This document shows, one piece after another, positions 47,938 to 58,100 of a stretch of 64,000 bases of DNA. Each line of letters opens with the position of its first letter. Within the stretch, counting starts at the first letter, position 1. Where the stretch lies: the NCBI GenBank assembly GCA_014727975.1, contig WJMK01000014.1, positions 2,558 to 66,557 on the forward strand, written 5' to 3'. A program made the position numbers and the translations under genes. This DNA comes from Candidatus Micrarchaeota archaeon (lineage in GTDB: Archaea; Micrarchaeota; Micrarchaeia; Anstonellales; Bilamarchaeaceae). The notes beneath the pieces were generated by a model. The model worked only from the letters and a program-made list of their open reading frames with translations. It was not told where the DNA came from and ran no database searches.

Positions 47938-48378
47938 ATGGGCCTATTCGACTGGTTAACCGGCAAGAGAGAAGAGCCTGAAGAGGCTGCAGAAGAGATG
48001 CCTGCACGCGGTTCAAAACCCTTCAAGATTTCCCATAAATTCAGCCCCCTGAGGCTAAAAGCGCACAAGGATTCCAAACTTGCAATGAACATAACGGTAA
48101 GGAATACTTCCGGTTCAAAGCAGCTGGTTTCAGTAGACGTGGAAGTCCCAAAAGGAAACCGGATTGGATTTGATGTGGCTTCCTCGCAGAAGCACCATGA
48201 AGAAAGGATGGGGGAACTCGCCCCTGGCGCAACAAAATGCTTTTCAGTGAATGTGCATGGGGGAAACTTAACCAAGCCAGGTGAAGTCCCTGTGAAAATT
48301 ACTGCATACGCCCATTACCTGAATTACAATAAAGTGCTTGAGCAGACGGCCAAAATGGTAACCCTGCGGGTCATATGA
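47938..48378 (+). CDS. Uncharacterised small protein with beta-sandwich-like region
   Basis: MGLFDWLTGKREEPEE...LAMNITVRNTSGSKQLVSVDVEVP; clean ORF. Confidence 0.55.
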   Translation: MGLFDWLTGKREEPEEAAEEMPARGSKPFKISHKFSPLRLKAHKDSKLAMNITVRNTSGSKQLVSVDVEVPKGNRIGFDVASSQKHHEERMGELAPGATKCFSVNVHGGNLTKPGEVPVKITAYAHYLNYNKVLEQTAKMVTLRVI

Positions 48379-48979
48379 ACTGCCCAAGATTCGGGATAAG
48401 TGCCCTTATGTAGCCTTTTGCTTCGAATGGGCCTCCATGGCCTGGATAAATTTTTTCTATTTCATAGTTGGAGAGTTTTTCGTATGAGTCCAGAAGAGCC
48501 TTGGGGCTGCTGGTGGGGAGGCTCACAGAAGGGAGCGCACCTCCCCCAAAAACAGTGTCCCCGCTGAACAAGGCTTTGTGCTCAGGGATATAAAAGCACA
48601 TTGCGCCTTCGCAATGGCCTGGTGTTGCAATTGCCTTTATCGAAAAACCATCTCCCTCCAGGGCCTGGCCATCCTTGAGGATTTGGTGCGGGGGCCTTCT
48701 TGGCGGCTGAAAGCCAAGATGGGAACATAGAGTTGCACTTTCCCTAACTTCTGTTATTGCTTTTGCAGTGAACCCAGAGCATGCATAAGGAAGGTTATGC
48801 ACCGCAATGCCGCAAATATGGTCGCAGTGTGCATGGGTAAGAAGCACCAGGGGGGAGCCCGGGTAAGTCACACCTTCGGGGGCATCTATTGCAAATTCCC
48901 CTATTGCATAGCCTGTAGCGACTGTGCCGCTTTCGGCCCTTATTGGGTGGCTCGAGCTGCCCTGGAAAACATGTATCAT
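48371..48979 (-). CDS. MBL-fold metallo-hydrolase
   Basis: VLLTHAHCDHICGIAV, IATPGHCEGAMCFYIPEHKALFSGDTVFG, IYPGHGGP. Confidence 0.92.
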   Translation of the reverse strand: MIHVFQGSSSHPIRAESGTVATGYAIGEFAIDAPEGVTYPGSPLVLLTHAHCDHICGIAVHNLPYACSGFTAKAITEVRESATLCSHLGFQPPRRPPHQILKDGQALEGDGFSIKAIATPGHCEGAMCFYIPEHKALFSGDTVFGGGALPSVSLPTSSPKALLDSYEKLSNYEIEKIYPGHGGPFEAKGYIRALIPNLGQFI

Positions 48980-49227
48980 TCTGATTTCCTCCGTATTTCC
49001 TCTATATGCGCTGCAACCTCCCTTCCTTTTTCAGTGAGTGAAACCATTTTCTTCTTTCCCTTGGGCTCAACCGAAACAAATCCTTTTTCCATGAGCTTAG
49101 AGACAAAATGTGTTATGTAGACATATGTTGTGCCTGTCTCCTTTGCAATTTCAGAAAGGTAGGCCGGGTTACTGCCCTTTAGGAAAAGAAAGACATTTGC
49201 CGGCTTGGTCTTCAATACAGCGTCCAT
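48976..49227 (-). CDS. Winged-helix (MarR-like) transcriptional regulator
   Basis: YLSEIAKETGTTYVYITHFVSKLMEKGFVSVEPKGKKKMVSLTEKGREV. Confidence 0.85.
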   Translation of the reverse strand: MDAVLKTKPANVFLFLKGSNPAYLSEIAKETGTTYVYITHFVSKLMEKGFVSVEPKGKKKMVSLTEKGREVAAHIEEIRRKSE

Positions 49228-49231
49228 AATT

Positions 49232-49891
49232 TCACCTCGCGATTTCTACTGAAATTTTTTCTTCTGATTCTTTTGTAAGCTTCAGTATCCCGGGCACATG
49301 CGCTGCCCCTACTACAAGCACTGCAGTTTCAGGCTTGTGGAAGAGGAGTTTCCTGAACATATATCTATTGCGGGAATCAACAAACACCTCGTAGGAAACA
49401 GGGAAATCTTTTTCAAGCTTTGAGAGCAGGACCTCAAGGTTTTCAGGCTCCATTAAATCGCTGAGCTTCATTTTTTTCCCAAAAGGGCTTGCTCCCCCCG
49501 AAAACAGCATCCCAAATTTTTCCTTCAGTGGTATCCTTTCTATCTGCCTTGCTGTTGCCCTTATGGGCCTGTCCAGGAGCGCCACAGGTCTTTCAATCTC
49601 GCTTGCAGCCCTCAGCGCCTCAAGCATTTCTGAGCCAGGATTTACATGCCACCACTTCCCCAGGGCCTGCTGTGCAACAAACATTAATGCGGATGTGGGA
49701 TGGCGCAATGCTGTTACGATGTCCATGGACCTGGCCCTTCCCCTCACAAGCCCTTCCAGTCTCTCCCTGCAAAGCTCCAGGCCAATAAGCTGGGGTTTTT
49801 CCCGCAGTATTGTCTCCTTTGCAAGTTCTGCACTTTTCTTTGAGATATGTGCTACAGGAACAAGCATAAGCTGCATTTCGTCTCCCACCAT
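49232..49891 (-). CDS. TraB/PrgY-family protein (partial TraB-domain architecture)
   Basis: VAHISKKSAELAKETILREKPQLIGLELCRERLEGL and AVLVVGAAHVPGI. Confidence 0.85.
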   Translation of the reverse strand: MVGDEMQLMLVPVAHISKKSAELAKETILREKPQLIGLELCRERLEGLVRGRARSMDIVTALRHPTSALMFVAQQALGKWWHVNPGSEMLEALRAASEIERPVALLDRPIRATARQIERIPLKEKFGMLFSGGASPFGKKMKLSDLMEPENLEVLLSKLEKDFPVSYEVFVDSRNRYMFRKLLFHKPETAVLVVGAAHVPGILKLTKESEEKISVEIAR

Positions 49892-50133
49892 TCTGATAGA
49901 TTATATGTATATTGTTGTTTATAAATATGCTAGAGAGACCATCTGGGGGCAACCGCTCCAAAACCCGAAACAGAAAACCCTTCGCTTTCAGACGTACCAT
50001 TACAAAACCCAAAACTCGAAACCCAAAACTGGAAACATAGAAAAGGAAACGCTCTGATTCACGTTCCGTGAATTCGCCCCGTTTTTTCCTACCGCAAAAC
50101 TGGGAAGTCCAAACACTGAACTTGTGGAAAAAA

Positions 50134-50208
50134 CGGGCCTGAAGGGATTCGAACCCTCGACACCCGGATTAAGAGTCCGGTGCTCTAACCAAGCTGAGCT
50201 ACAGGCCC
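50134..50208 (-). tRNA. tRNA-Lys(CTT)
   Basis: Reverse complement GGGCCTG...CCGGA-CTCTTAA-TCCGG...GAGGG-TTCGAAT-CCCTT...CAGGCCCG. Confidence 0.93.
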
Positions 50209-50307
50209 AGACAATTTGAAGTGCACGCACTGTGTGCGGCCCAAGCGCTTCGAACTGGCTGAAAATGTGAGACCATTAATGGAGAAAAAAGAATAAAAAG
50301 GGTGGCA

Positions 50308-51456
50308 TTATTGAGAGACAGGGCTTCGGTTCTCAACTTTCACCATCCTGAAAGAGGCAACCCTGTCCCCGTTCTCAAAGGTAAGGGTTGCTCCCATGCC
50401 TGCCCACTGCTCCAGGTTCATCCAGTATTGCTGGAGATCCTGGGCTGTTGCCTGATAGTAGTAGAATTCTTCGGCCTGGGCAAGCAGGTACATTGCATTC
50501 CTTGCATCTGCAACCAACACTTCATTTGAAGGTGCCCCATACCTGGAGATGTAGCTGTTCATAAAGTAGGATGCTGCAGGGTCATCTGCATTGAATTCAG
50601 GCAGGATTGCATGCACGCCTTCGGAGTTCTCGCCCATCGCAGATATTGCAGTTGGGGAAACAAGGTCCTCGTCCCCGATTACTTCTGATTCTACTCCACC
50701 TGCCCTCAACTGGTTAACTATGTCTGCTCCGGTTGCCCCATCTGATGCAAACACCAGCACAACCTGGGGCTGGTAGCCCTTAATCACCGAAACCGTGGAT
50801 GCAAAGTTGGGCCCATATTTCTGTGCAGGCTGTGTGGAGAGCTTAAGTTCCTTGGCAGCCGCATCAAACAGCGCGACTTTTTCATTGGCTGCAGATGTGT
50901 CGTCCGTAATCGTCATTGTGCGGAGCCAGCCATTTTCCTTGCAGAATTCTGCTAGCTCCATCCCAACCATCTCAGGGGAGCCTGCAAAATTCATTGCATA
51001 ATCATTGTCTGCATTCCCTGTTGCAAGTGAAATAAGGACGACCCCGTTTTGCTCAAGAAGGGGGGCCATCCCTTCTACTTCCTCCGGGCATACGCCCCCG
51101 ATTACTGCATTTACCCCGCGGAAATCCACAATGGACTGGAGCGCTGATGCAGCGCCTTCCTCTGTGCACTGTCCGTCCTGCTCCGCAATTTCATAGAGAT
51201 ACTCATCTGTTGAGAGCTCAGAAGCCGCAAGTTTTATTGCATTAAGGGCTTCAGTTCCCTCAATTGCATGCTCTCCTGAAAGCGGGCCTATGTACCCAAT
51301 AGTTATTACTTCGGGTTCAGGTTCCGGCTCCGGCTCAGGTTCGGGTTCAGGTTCCGGCTCCGGCTCGGGTTCAACTTCAACTACTTCTTCCTGGGGGCAG
51401 CCCGCAACAAGGAGCAGCCCAACCATAAACAAAGCAAGTATCCAGCGCATGTTCAT
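50308..51456 (-). CDS. Branched-chain amino acid ABC-type substrate-binding protein with (EP)n linker
   Basis: Lipobox LLVAGC, EVEPEPEPEPEPEPEPEPEPEPEV, then ITIGYIGPLSGEHAIEGTEALNAIKLAASEL (type I periplasmic binding fold). Confidence 0.88.
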   Translation of the reverse strand: MNMRWILALFMVGLLLVAGCPQEEVVEVEPEPEPEPEPEPEPEPEPEPEVITIGYIGPLSGEHAIEGTEALNAIKLAASELSTDEYLYEIAEQDGQCTEEGAASALQSIVDFRGVNAVIGGVCPEEVEGMAPLLEQNGVVLISLATGNADNDYAMNFAGSPEMVGMELAEFCKENGWLRTMTITDDTSAANEKVALFDAAAKELKLSTQPAQKYGPNFASTVSVIKGYQPQVVLVFASDGATGADIVNQLRAGGVESEVIGDEDLVSPTAISAMGENSEGVHAILPEFNADDPAASYFMNSYISRYGAPSNEVLVADARNAMYLLAQAEEFYYYQATAQDLQQYWMNLEQWAGMGATLTFENGDRVASFRMVKVENRSPVSQ

Positions 51457-51459
51457 ACC

Positions 51460-52851
51460 TCATTTTATTTTCCATCTTGGTCCTTTATCAGTATCTTCAA
51501 GCAATATGCCCATCTGGGCAAGCTTGTCCCTTATTTCATCCGCCAGCTTGAAATTCTTTTCCTTCCTGGCATTTTCCCTTTCCTGGACAAGGGATTCGAT
51601 TTCTTTTTCTTTTTCCGGGCTGATTTTCTTTTCCTCTTTTTCAAGCCCGAGCACCCACATCATCTTCCTGAAATCCTCTTTTGCTTCTGCAATTGCGGGG
51701 TAATCTGGATGTTCCTTCCTCATTTCTGAGAAACACTCGGTCATTATCCCGAACATGTAGGAGAGTGCGGCAGGGGTGTCAAAATCATCATCCATTGCCT
51801 TGTAGAAGCCGTCCACTTCATCCTGGAGCTTCTTCCTGAGTTCCTGGTTTTCGGCGCCTCCTGTAGCGGGAAGCTCATCCGCATGCTCCAGGAAATTGAA
51901 CATCCTTTCCGCGGTTGTTTGTGCGGAGGAGATGTTTTCTTCGCTGTAGTTTACCGGGCTCCTGTAGTGGCTGTGCAGGAAAAACAGCCTCAGTGCGTAA
52001 GGGGGGTATTTTTCCAGCAGGTCCTTCAGGACTATGAAGTTGCCTAAGGATTTGCTCATCTTTTCCCCATTTACCGTGAGGAAACCGGTGTGCATCCAGT
52101 ATTTTACGAATTGTGTGTTGAGGGCGCCCTCTGCCTGCGCAATCTCGTTTTCATGGTGCGGGAATGCAAGGTCCCTTCCTCCTCCATGGATGTCCAGTGT
52201 CCTTCCGTTTGTGTATTTCATTCCCATTGCAGAGCACTCAATGTGCCAGCCAGGCCTCCCCTCTCCCCAGGGGCTATCATACGTAAGCACGTCCGGGCCC
52301 TTTTTCCAAAGCGCGAAATCCGCGGGGTCCTTCTTGGTTTCTTCTATGCTGCACCTTGCCCCGCTCCTGTGGCCCTCGGGTTTCTGCCCTGAAAGCTTTC
52401 CATACTCCTGGAAAGAGGAAACCGAGTAATAGACTCCGGTTTCGGTTTCATATGCATGCCCATTCTCAATAAGCTTCTCTATCATTTCAATTATTTCTTG
52501 TATATGCTCGCTTACCTTCGGGTAATAGTCTGCGGGCAGTATGTTGAGGCGCTTGAACTCCTCCAGGGCTTCAGTATGGAATTTTTCAGAGAGCTCAAGC
52601 GGGCTTTTTCCGCTTTCCCTTGAGCGGTTGAAAATCTTGTCTTCTATATCCGTGATGTTCTGGATGTGGAGGACCTTGAATCCTTTGTGGATTAGGTAGC
52701 GCTTTATCGTGTCCATGGAGATGTAGGTTCTTGCATGGCCAAGGTGCGCATGGTCGTATGGGGTGAGCCCGCACACGTACATGTAGACCTTTCCCTCTTC
52801 TATGGGCTCGAATTCTTCTAGTTTCCTGGAAAGAGAATTGTATACCTTCAC
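51460..52851 (-). CDS. cysS: Cysteine--tRNA ligase
   Basis: MYVCGLTPYDHAHLGHARTYISMDTIKRYL, GWHIECSAM, GEKMSKSLGNFI. Confidence 0.97.
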   Translation of the reverse strand: MKVYNSLSRKLEEFEPIEEGKVYMYVCGLTPYDHAHLGHARTYISMDTIKRYLIHKGFKVLHIQNITDIEDKIFNRSRESGKSPLELSEKFHTEALEEFKRLNILPADYYPKVSEHIQEIIEMIEKLIENGHAYETETGVYYSVSSFQEYGKLSGQKPEGHRSGARCSIEETKKDPADFALWKKGPDVLTYDSPWGEGRPGWHIECSAMGMKYTNGRTLDIHGGGRDLAFPHHENEIAQAEGALNTQFVKYWMHTGFLTVNGEKMSKSLGNFIVLKDLLEKYPPYALRLFFLHSHYRSPVNYSEENISSAQTTAERMFNFLEHADELPATGGAENQELRKKLQDEVDGFYKAMDDDFDTPAALSYMFGIMTECFSEMRKEHPDYPAIAEAKEDFRKMMWVLGLEKEEKKISPEKEKEIESLVQERENARKEKNFKLADEIRDKLAQMGILLEDTDKGPRWKIK

Positions 52852-52897
52852 GTTGGAAAATTAGAAAAGAGAATATAAAAAAGGTAGGGTGGGATTC

Positions 52898-55117
52898 TCA
52901 GAGCGCGAATCCTGGGTTTTCTTCAAGAAACGCATCCAAGGAATCCATTACCTGCGCTTCGGTTGGTGCCTTGCCCTTGAATGTATTGCTTATGTGCTTC
53001 AGGGCAAGGTCCCTTGGCTTCACCCTCTCCCCCTCAATAGTTGCCGCCTCCTTTAGTGAAGTTGCAAGCTTGTAAAGTATTCTGCCGCGCTCATCAGGGG
53101 TAAGCCGGGAAAGCACTTTGGACCTTGTAATATATTCGATTGTATCTATAAGCGGAGTTATATCCTTGTTGGTAAGGACCCTTCTTTCGCTCTGCCAGGT
53201 ATCTGTAAAGCTTACCAGGGTTTCAAGCGCTTCTTCATACAAGTTTTGCGGAAGCTCCCTTAGGTCCTTGCTGAATTCCTTTGAGCTCTCGTCCTCAGTG
53301 AGCACCCTGCGCAGGCGTTCATCAGTGGAATCTTCCCAAACATCATTTGCATAGCCCCTGTTCTTGAATGCAGGCGCTTCGATTACAAGGCGCATCTCCT
53401 CTTCGCTCATTGAAGGTTTGAGGTTCTTCACAATGCTGTCTGCTACCTTGTCAAGGTCTCCAGGCTTGTAAACGAACTTGAGGGTTGCGAGAATTTCAGC
53501 TGAGTCCTCTACACTAAATCCTTTTCCGGAGAGGTGGACAAGGAAACCAAGGTCTGCCTGGTATGTGTTAGGCACTCTTGGACGGCCCCCTGAAGGAGCA
53601 TACATAGCCGCAAGAACTTCTGCATATTGGCCCTGCTGCTCCGCGGGTATCGGGACTCTTTCCCTGCCTTTTTTCACCGTGGTTGTGCGTATTGCCTTGC
53701 AGAGGAGCCTGACTTTCTCATCCCTCTCCGTATTAAAACCGGCTTCCTTGAATGCCGCAAAAGGCCTCCTCATCCATGCTTCGGTCATCTTAAATCTTGC
53801 AGGCGGGCTATTGAAAACTGCAGCGATGTCCTTTGGGGATTTTGCATTCTTTGCAAGCGCTTTTGCAAATACCTCAACCTGGGCGGGGTCAACATACTCA
53901 AGAATATCCTGTGCAGTAGAAGCAATCCTGTCCCTTGAAAATTTTTTTGAGGAAAGCGGAAGAAGTGCGTGGATAACAGCAACAGTTTTTCTGAGTTGGG
54001 AGTTATCCGAAGTTCTAATGAACTGCCTTGGGAACTTTGCAAGTATTGAAGCAACTTTTCCCTGCTCTTCTGTAGGAATCCCTGATGTTGAGATTAAAGT
54101 AGAAAGCTCCCCGTATGCAAATTTTGTGGAACCGCTTGCAAAAAGCTCCGCCTCCACTGCAGTTTTCTTTCTCCTGGATTTCACAGCAGGGCGTTCCCCT
54201 TCCTTTGAGCCGCCTGCAAACTTATCTACCATGCAACTTCCGCACTTGCTGAAAAGGAATCCGACTCCGAAAAGGAGCCCTCCCCCAATCAAAACCTTTC
54301 CTGCATTAATCGGGCTGATCCTGGTTGTGATTTTTGCATGTTTTTTCGTATATTCACTTGCGATTTCCTCCCCAAGCTTTGCAGAAGGGTCAAAACCAGT
54401 AAATCTCTTGACTGCCCATTTTGAACCTCCAAGAACATCCGCAAGGTTGGCTTTGGCAACGGTCTTGGCTTTTTCCCAGACCCATCCTCTTATGCCCAGC
54501 CTGCCGGGATATTTGCCCCCCCTCAGCGCATTGAAGCCCCTTCCCGCTTCAAGCAATGCGAGGTTGTCCCCTTTGTTCAGCATGCCTTCTATTGCTGTCC
54601 TTTCAGCCTCTGTGAGGGGCAAGTCCTTAAGCAGGAGTTTCAGGTTCTTTTCCCCTGCAAAATATTTCTCAAGAAAATCAGCATATTGTGCATCACTAAC
54701 ATTCTTTGCGCGGTTTAGCATGCCCACAAGCTCTTCGGAAAGCTTAACCGTGCCTCTTGCTTTGAGCGATTTTGTGATTGAAAGCAGCTCTGCACGCTCT
54801 GCAAGAGTCTGCATAAGCTCCGCCCTGGTAAATGACTTCAATTCGGACTTTGGGTATTTCTCAGGGGGATATACCTCTGCCATGTGCTCCAGGACTTTTT
54901 GTGCCCTGTCCGTTGTTTTTTCCAGCAGTTCCAGGTATTTCCCAGTAGTAAGGTCCCCTGACCTTTCAAGCTTGTTCTGGAATGCACTGGCAATCTTTCC
55001 TAGGACCTGCTCCTGGGAAGGGACTTTAAGTTTGACTTTCTTTGGTGTTTTTCCACTTAACTTGCTATCGCTAACTGTATCAAAATCCATCTGTTTTTGT
55101 CCGCCTTTTCCGCCCAT
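52898..55117 (-). CDS. 739-aa uncharacterised helical protein with one central hydrophobic segment
   Basis: Single long ORF; central GKVLIGGGLLFGVGFLFSKCGSCM; no recognised domain. Confidence 0.7.
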   Translation of the reverse strand: MGGKGGQKQMDFDTVSDSKLSGKTPKKVKLKVPSQEQVLGKIASAFQNKLERSGDLTTGKYLELLEKTTDRAQKVLEHMAEVYPPEKYPKSELKSFTRAELMQTLAERAELLSITKSLKARGTVKLSEELVGMLNRAKNVSDAQYADFLEKYFAGEKNLKLLLKDLPLTEAERTAIEGMLNKGDNLALLEAGRGFNALRGGKYPGRLGIRGWVWEKAKTVAKANLADVLGGSKWAVKRFTGFDPSAKLGEEIASEYTKKHAKITTRISPINAGKVLIGGGLLFGVGFLFSKCGSCMVDKFAGGSKEGERPAVKSRRKKTAVEAELFASGSTKFAYGELSTLISTSGIPTEEQGKVASILAKFPRQFIRTSDNSQLRKTVAVIHALLPLSSKKFSRDRIASTAQDILEYVDPAQVEVFAKALAKNAKSPKDIAAVFNSPPARFKMTEAWMRRPFAAFKEAGFNTERDEKVRLLCKAIRTTTVKKGRERVPIPAEQQGQYAEVLAAMYAPSGGRPRVPNTYQADLGFLVHLSGKGFSVEDSAEILATLKFVYKPGDLDKVADSIVKNLKPSMSEEEMRLVIEAPAFKNRGYANDVWEDSTDERLRRVLTEDESSKEFSKDLRELPQNLYEEALETLVSFTDTWQSERRVLTNKDITPLIDTIEYITRSKVLSRLTPDERGRILYKLATSLKEAATIEGERVKPRDLALKHISNTFKGKAPTEAQVMDSLDAFLEENPGFAL

Positions 55118-55166
55118 TTTTTCACCATCTTAATATTATTTTAGATTTAATCTTATTTATAAATCA

Positions 55167-58100
55167 TTACTCAGCAGGGAAACCTCCTGTAGCTATCTCT
55201 ATCCTTGCCCGGGTCGCAATATCAATTATCTGCTCTGGGGAGTAATCGGTCCCATCGAGCTTCTGGAAAGCTCTTGCAAGGGTCCACCCAGAGATGTTTC
55301 CTTCCATATCTTTTTCAATAAATGCGCTGAACGCTGCATAAGAAATGTCTGAAGCCCAGTCTGTGCTTCGCCCAAAATTCAATGCGCAATAGTATGATGA
55401 TGCGATATAATCAAGGTAAGCATAGCGCTCATCAGCAGAAACGTTGCGTGACATTGACGCATACGCTTTTGCAAAGCGGTCTGGGCCTTCCCTCAGCAGT
55501 ATTGATCCCATAAAGGAAAATGTACTTACAGGGCTGTGCACCCTGAGCCTGATTCCTGTTTCAGCAAGCAGGGAATCCATGTCTGAAGCAAGCGATGAAA
55601 GCGATTTATCTGTTACTTCCCTCCCCTCCATCATCAGGGCAAGCGAACATGAAAACAGGAAGCGCTTCCTTTTCTCAATGTCCCCTCCGAGCCCAAGCTG
55701 GACTGCAAGCGGGTGCACCCCATCATCCACTTCATCCGAAATCTGGTCTATAAGGGACATTGCGCTGGCTATTTCTCGGCTTTCAAGCTGGGGAACTCCA
55801 AAATCCTCCTGCGGGAATGAAAGCAGAGATGTCACGAATTGCTGCTCTTTTTTTGTAAGCAGCTGGGCAATTTCCTCCGAAAGCTTTTCGTCTTCAATGC
55901 GCTGGAGCTCAGAATAGGCAATAACCCCTACAACTGCAGCGCCTTTTGTGCCATGCGCAGCAACCCGCGCTGCACGGGTCCGGGAAGCGCGCTCAATAAG
56001 CCTTGCTGATTTATCCCAGGCGCCCCTGCCTGCTGCGGCGCCCTTGGAGATGAGCCTCCTTACGCGGGTCCAGCTGCTGTTTATTTCCTTGGAAATTGAA
56101 ACTGCGGCTGCACGGCTTTCCAGCCCAAGGGTTACCTGCACATACTCTGCGCCCACTTTGCCCCTGCTTGCATACACAAGCTCAAGAAGCTGGGCGTTGG
56201 TTTCAGCCTGGAAGGTTTTTGCGCCGGCTTTGCTCGCCATGTCAGCAACCCTCTCATAAAGCCCCTCTGCACTAAGAAGGCTTGCTGCCTTGGCCTGGGC
56301 TGCAGGGACCATTACCCTAAAGTAGCGCGCTGCAGGCGCTGCGCCTGCTTTCAGCACAGAGCCTGCAACCCCAAAAAGTGCAAAATCAAAACCAACCATT
56401 CCCCGTGTAACTTCTGCAAAGCCCTTATTCAGACTTGATAGCGCAATGGAATAATTCCCGTTTTCTATTGCAGTGGATATTTCATTCCATTGGGAAAGTC
56501 CCCCGAATGCAGCATTCATTCCTATCCAGCCGGGAGAATACCCTACTTTCATTGCGCGCGTAGTAATCTGAACTGCCCTGGCCTTTGCAACATCCTTGGC
56601 CTTGAGCGCAATACGCGCAATCCCTGAGGAGTTTGCAATCACCATCGAGGACTTGAGGGGCTTTGAAAGGCGTATTGCCCTGAATGCACCGATTCCTGTG
56701 CGGAGGAATGCAACGCCCCCTATTGCTATATATGCAACATCTGCAGGCACCTCCCAGTAATTTCCCTTTTTTATGTCTTCATACATGAGAATGCTGCTTG
56801 CAAGGGCTGCTCCCCCTCCTGCAATCATTTTTACTGGTGTGCTTATTGCGGCAACCGGACCGCCCCCAAGCCCAAAAAGCATGTATGTTGCGCCAAGGCG
56901 CATGTCCTCAACCGCCTGCTCCAGGTTTCCTGTGCCCGAAAGGTAGCGGTGCATTGCATCCCCTGTAATGAATGCTCCGGCCGATGCAACAATGAAACTT
57001 CCTACTGATGCGCCTGTTTTTGCCCCTGCCCATGCGCCTGCAGGATTCCGGGTTGAAAGAGCGCCCGCAACCCCTCCGACCGCGGTTCCCGCACCGATTA
57101 TCTCCAGGCTGTGCTGGAGCACATAAAGCTTAAGGTAAGAGCTCGTCCTCACGTTCCATGGATTGGTGGAATCTGATGCCTCTTCTTCAAGATGCCTTTC
57201 ACTCAGCACCTGCTCCACTCCTGTGAGCATGGTTTCAAGCTCCCTGGAAAGGGTTTCCAGTTCTGAAGGCAGGAGCACCTTCTCAGCCTTCACTCCCATC
57301 CTGTCAAGCTTGGCAGAGTACTTTTTCTTTTCAGATTTGGTCAGGTCATCCGCATGATTAATGAAACCCTTGAGATAAGAGATGTGCTCCATTGCACGCT
57401 TGCCCAGGAGGCCCATCTCTTCCCGGGATTCTGCGGTGAGCTGGTGCATTGGAATGTGCTTGTGGGTAAGCAGCCTGCCCATCCCGACCGGCTGGGAAGC
57501 GCCGCGTACCTTGGCCTTTAGCGCCTTTTCCCTTCCTTTGAGGTCCACCTTCCATGCAATGCACTCAAGGTGGGCAACAAGCGAAATTGCTTCCTGTACT
57601 GCAGCTTTCTGCCAGCCGCTCAGGCCATCAAAGCCCTCCCGGCTTACCCGCTCGATTCCCCTTTTTGAAAAGCCTTTTATCCTACCAAGCGTGGCATTGA
57701 GCTGGCCGGAGACCTGCTTGTACATGGCAATCTCTATGTTTGAGTAAAGGCCGCGCTCTATCCCGCGCTCAATCTTTTCTATTGCTTCCACTCCTGTGAG
57801 GGCCCGGGTGGCCGTTTTCATCTGCATCTCTGCTGCCATTTTCTGGAGCTTTTTGAGCTTCTCCTGTGCAGGGGTTATTGTCCTGGATGCCATCTCAGAG
57901 ATTCCTTTTCCTTCTCCAAGCCACCTTATGCGGCTGGACATCTCTTTTGCAATTATGCCATAAGTGTCCGAAATTTCCTGCATCAGGCCTGCAAACTTAA
58001 CCTTGCCTTTTGAGAATGCCTCATCAGCAAGCTCTGAATATGCCATCTGCTTGTGCAGTGAAAACTTCAGCTCTTCGAAGCATCCGCTGGCAGTGAGCGT

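Noticed and set aside
48976-49891. Toxin-antitoxin or conjugation locus (MarR-like plus TraB/PrgY)
   Set aside because: The TraB/PrgY family is widespread and its presence alone does not indicate conjugation; no other mobile genes are nearby.
51308-51390. Possible CRISPR-like or tandem array
   Set aside because: The periodicity is the (Glu-Pro)n coding repeat of the substrate-binding lipoprotein; there are no spacers.
53478-55133. 551-aa plus-strand ORF
   Set aside because: Antisense shadow of the 739-aa minus-strand gene, which has a better start and fits the co-oriented operon; Ser/Phe-rich composition is typical of antisense frames.
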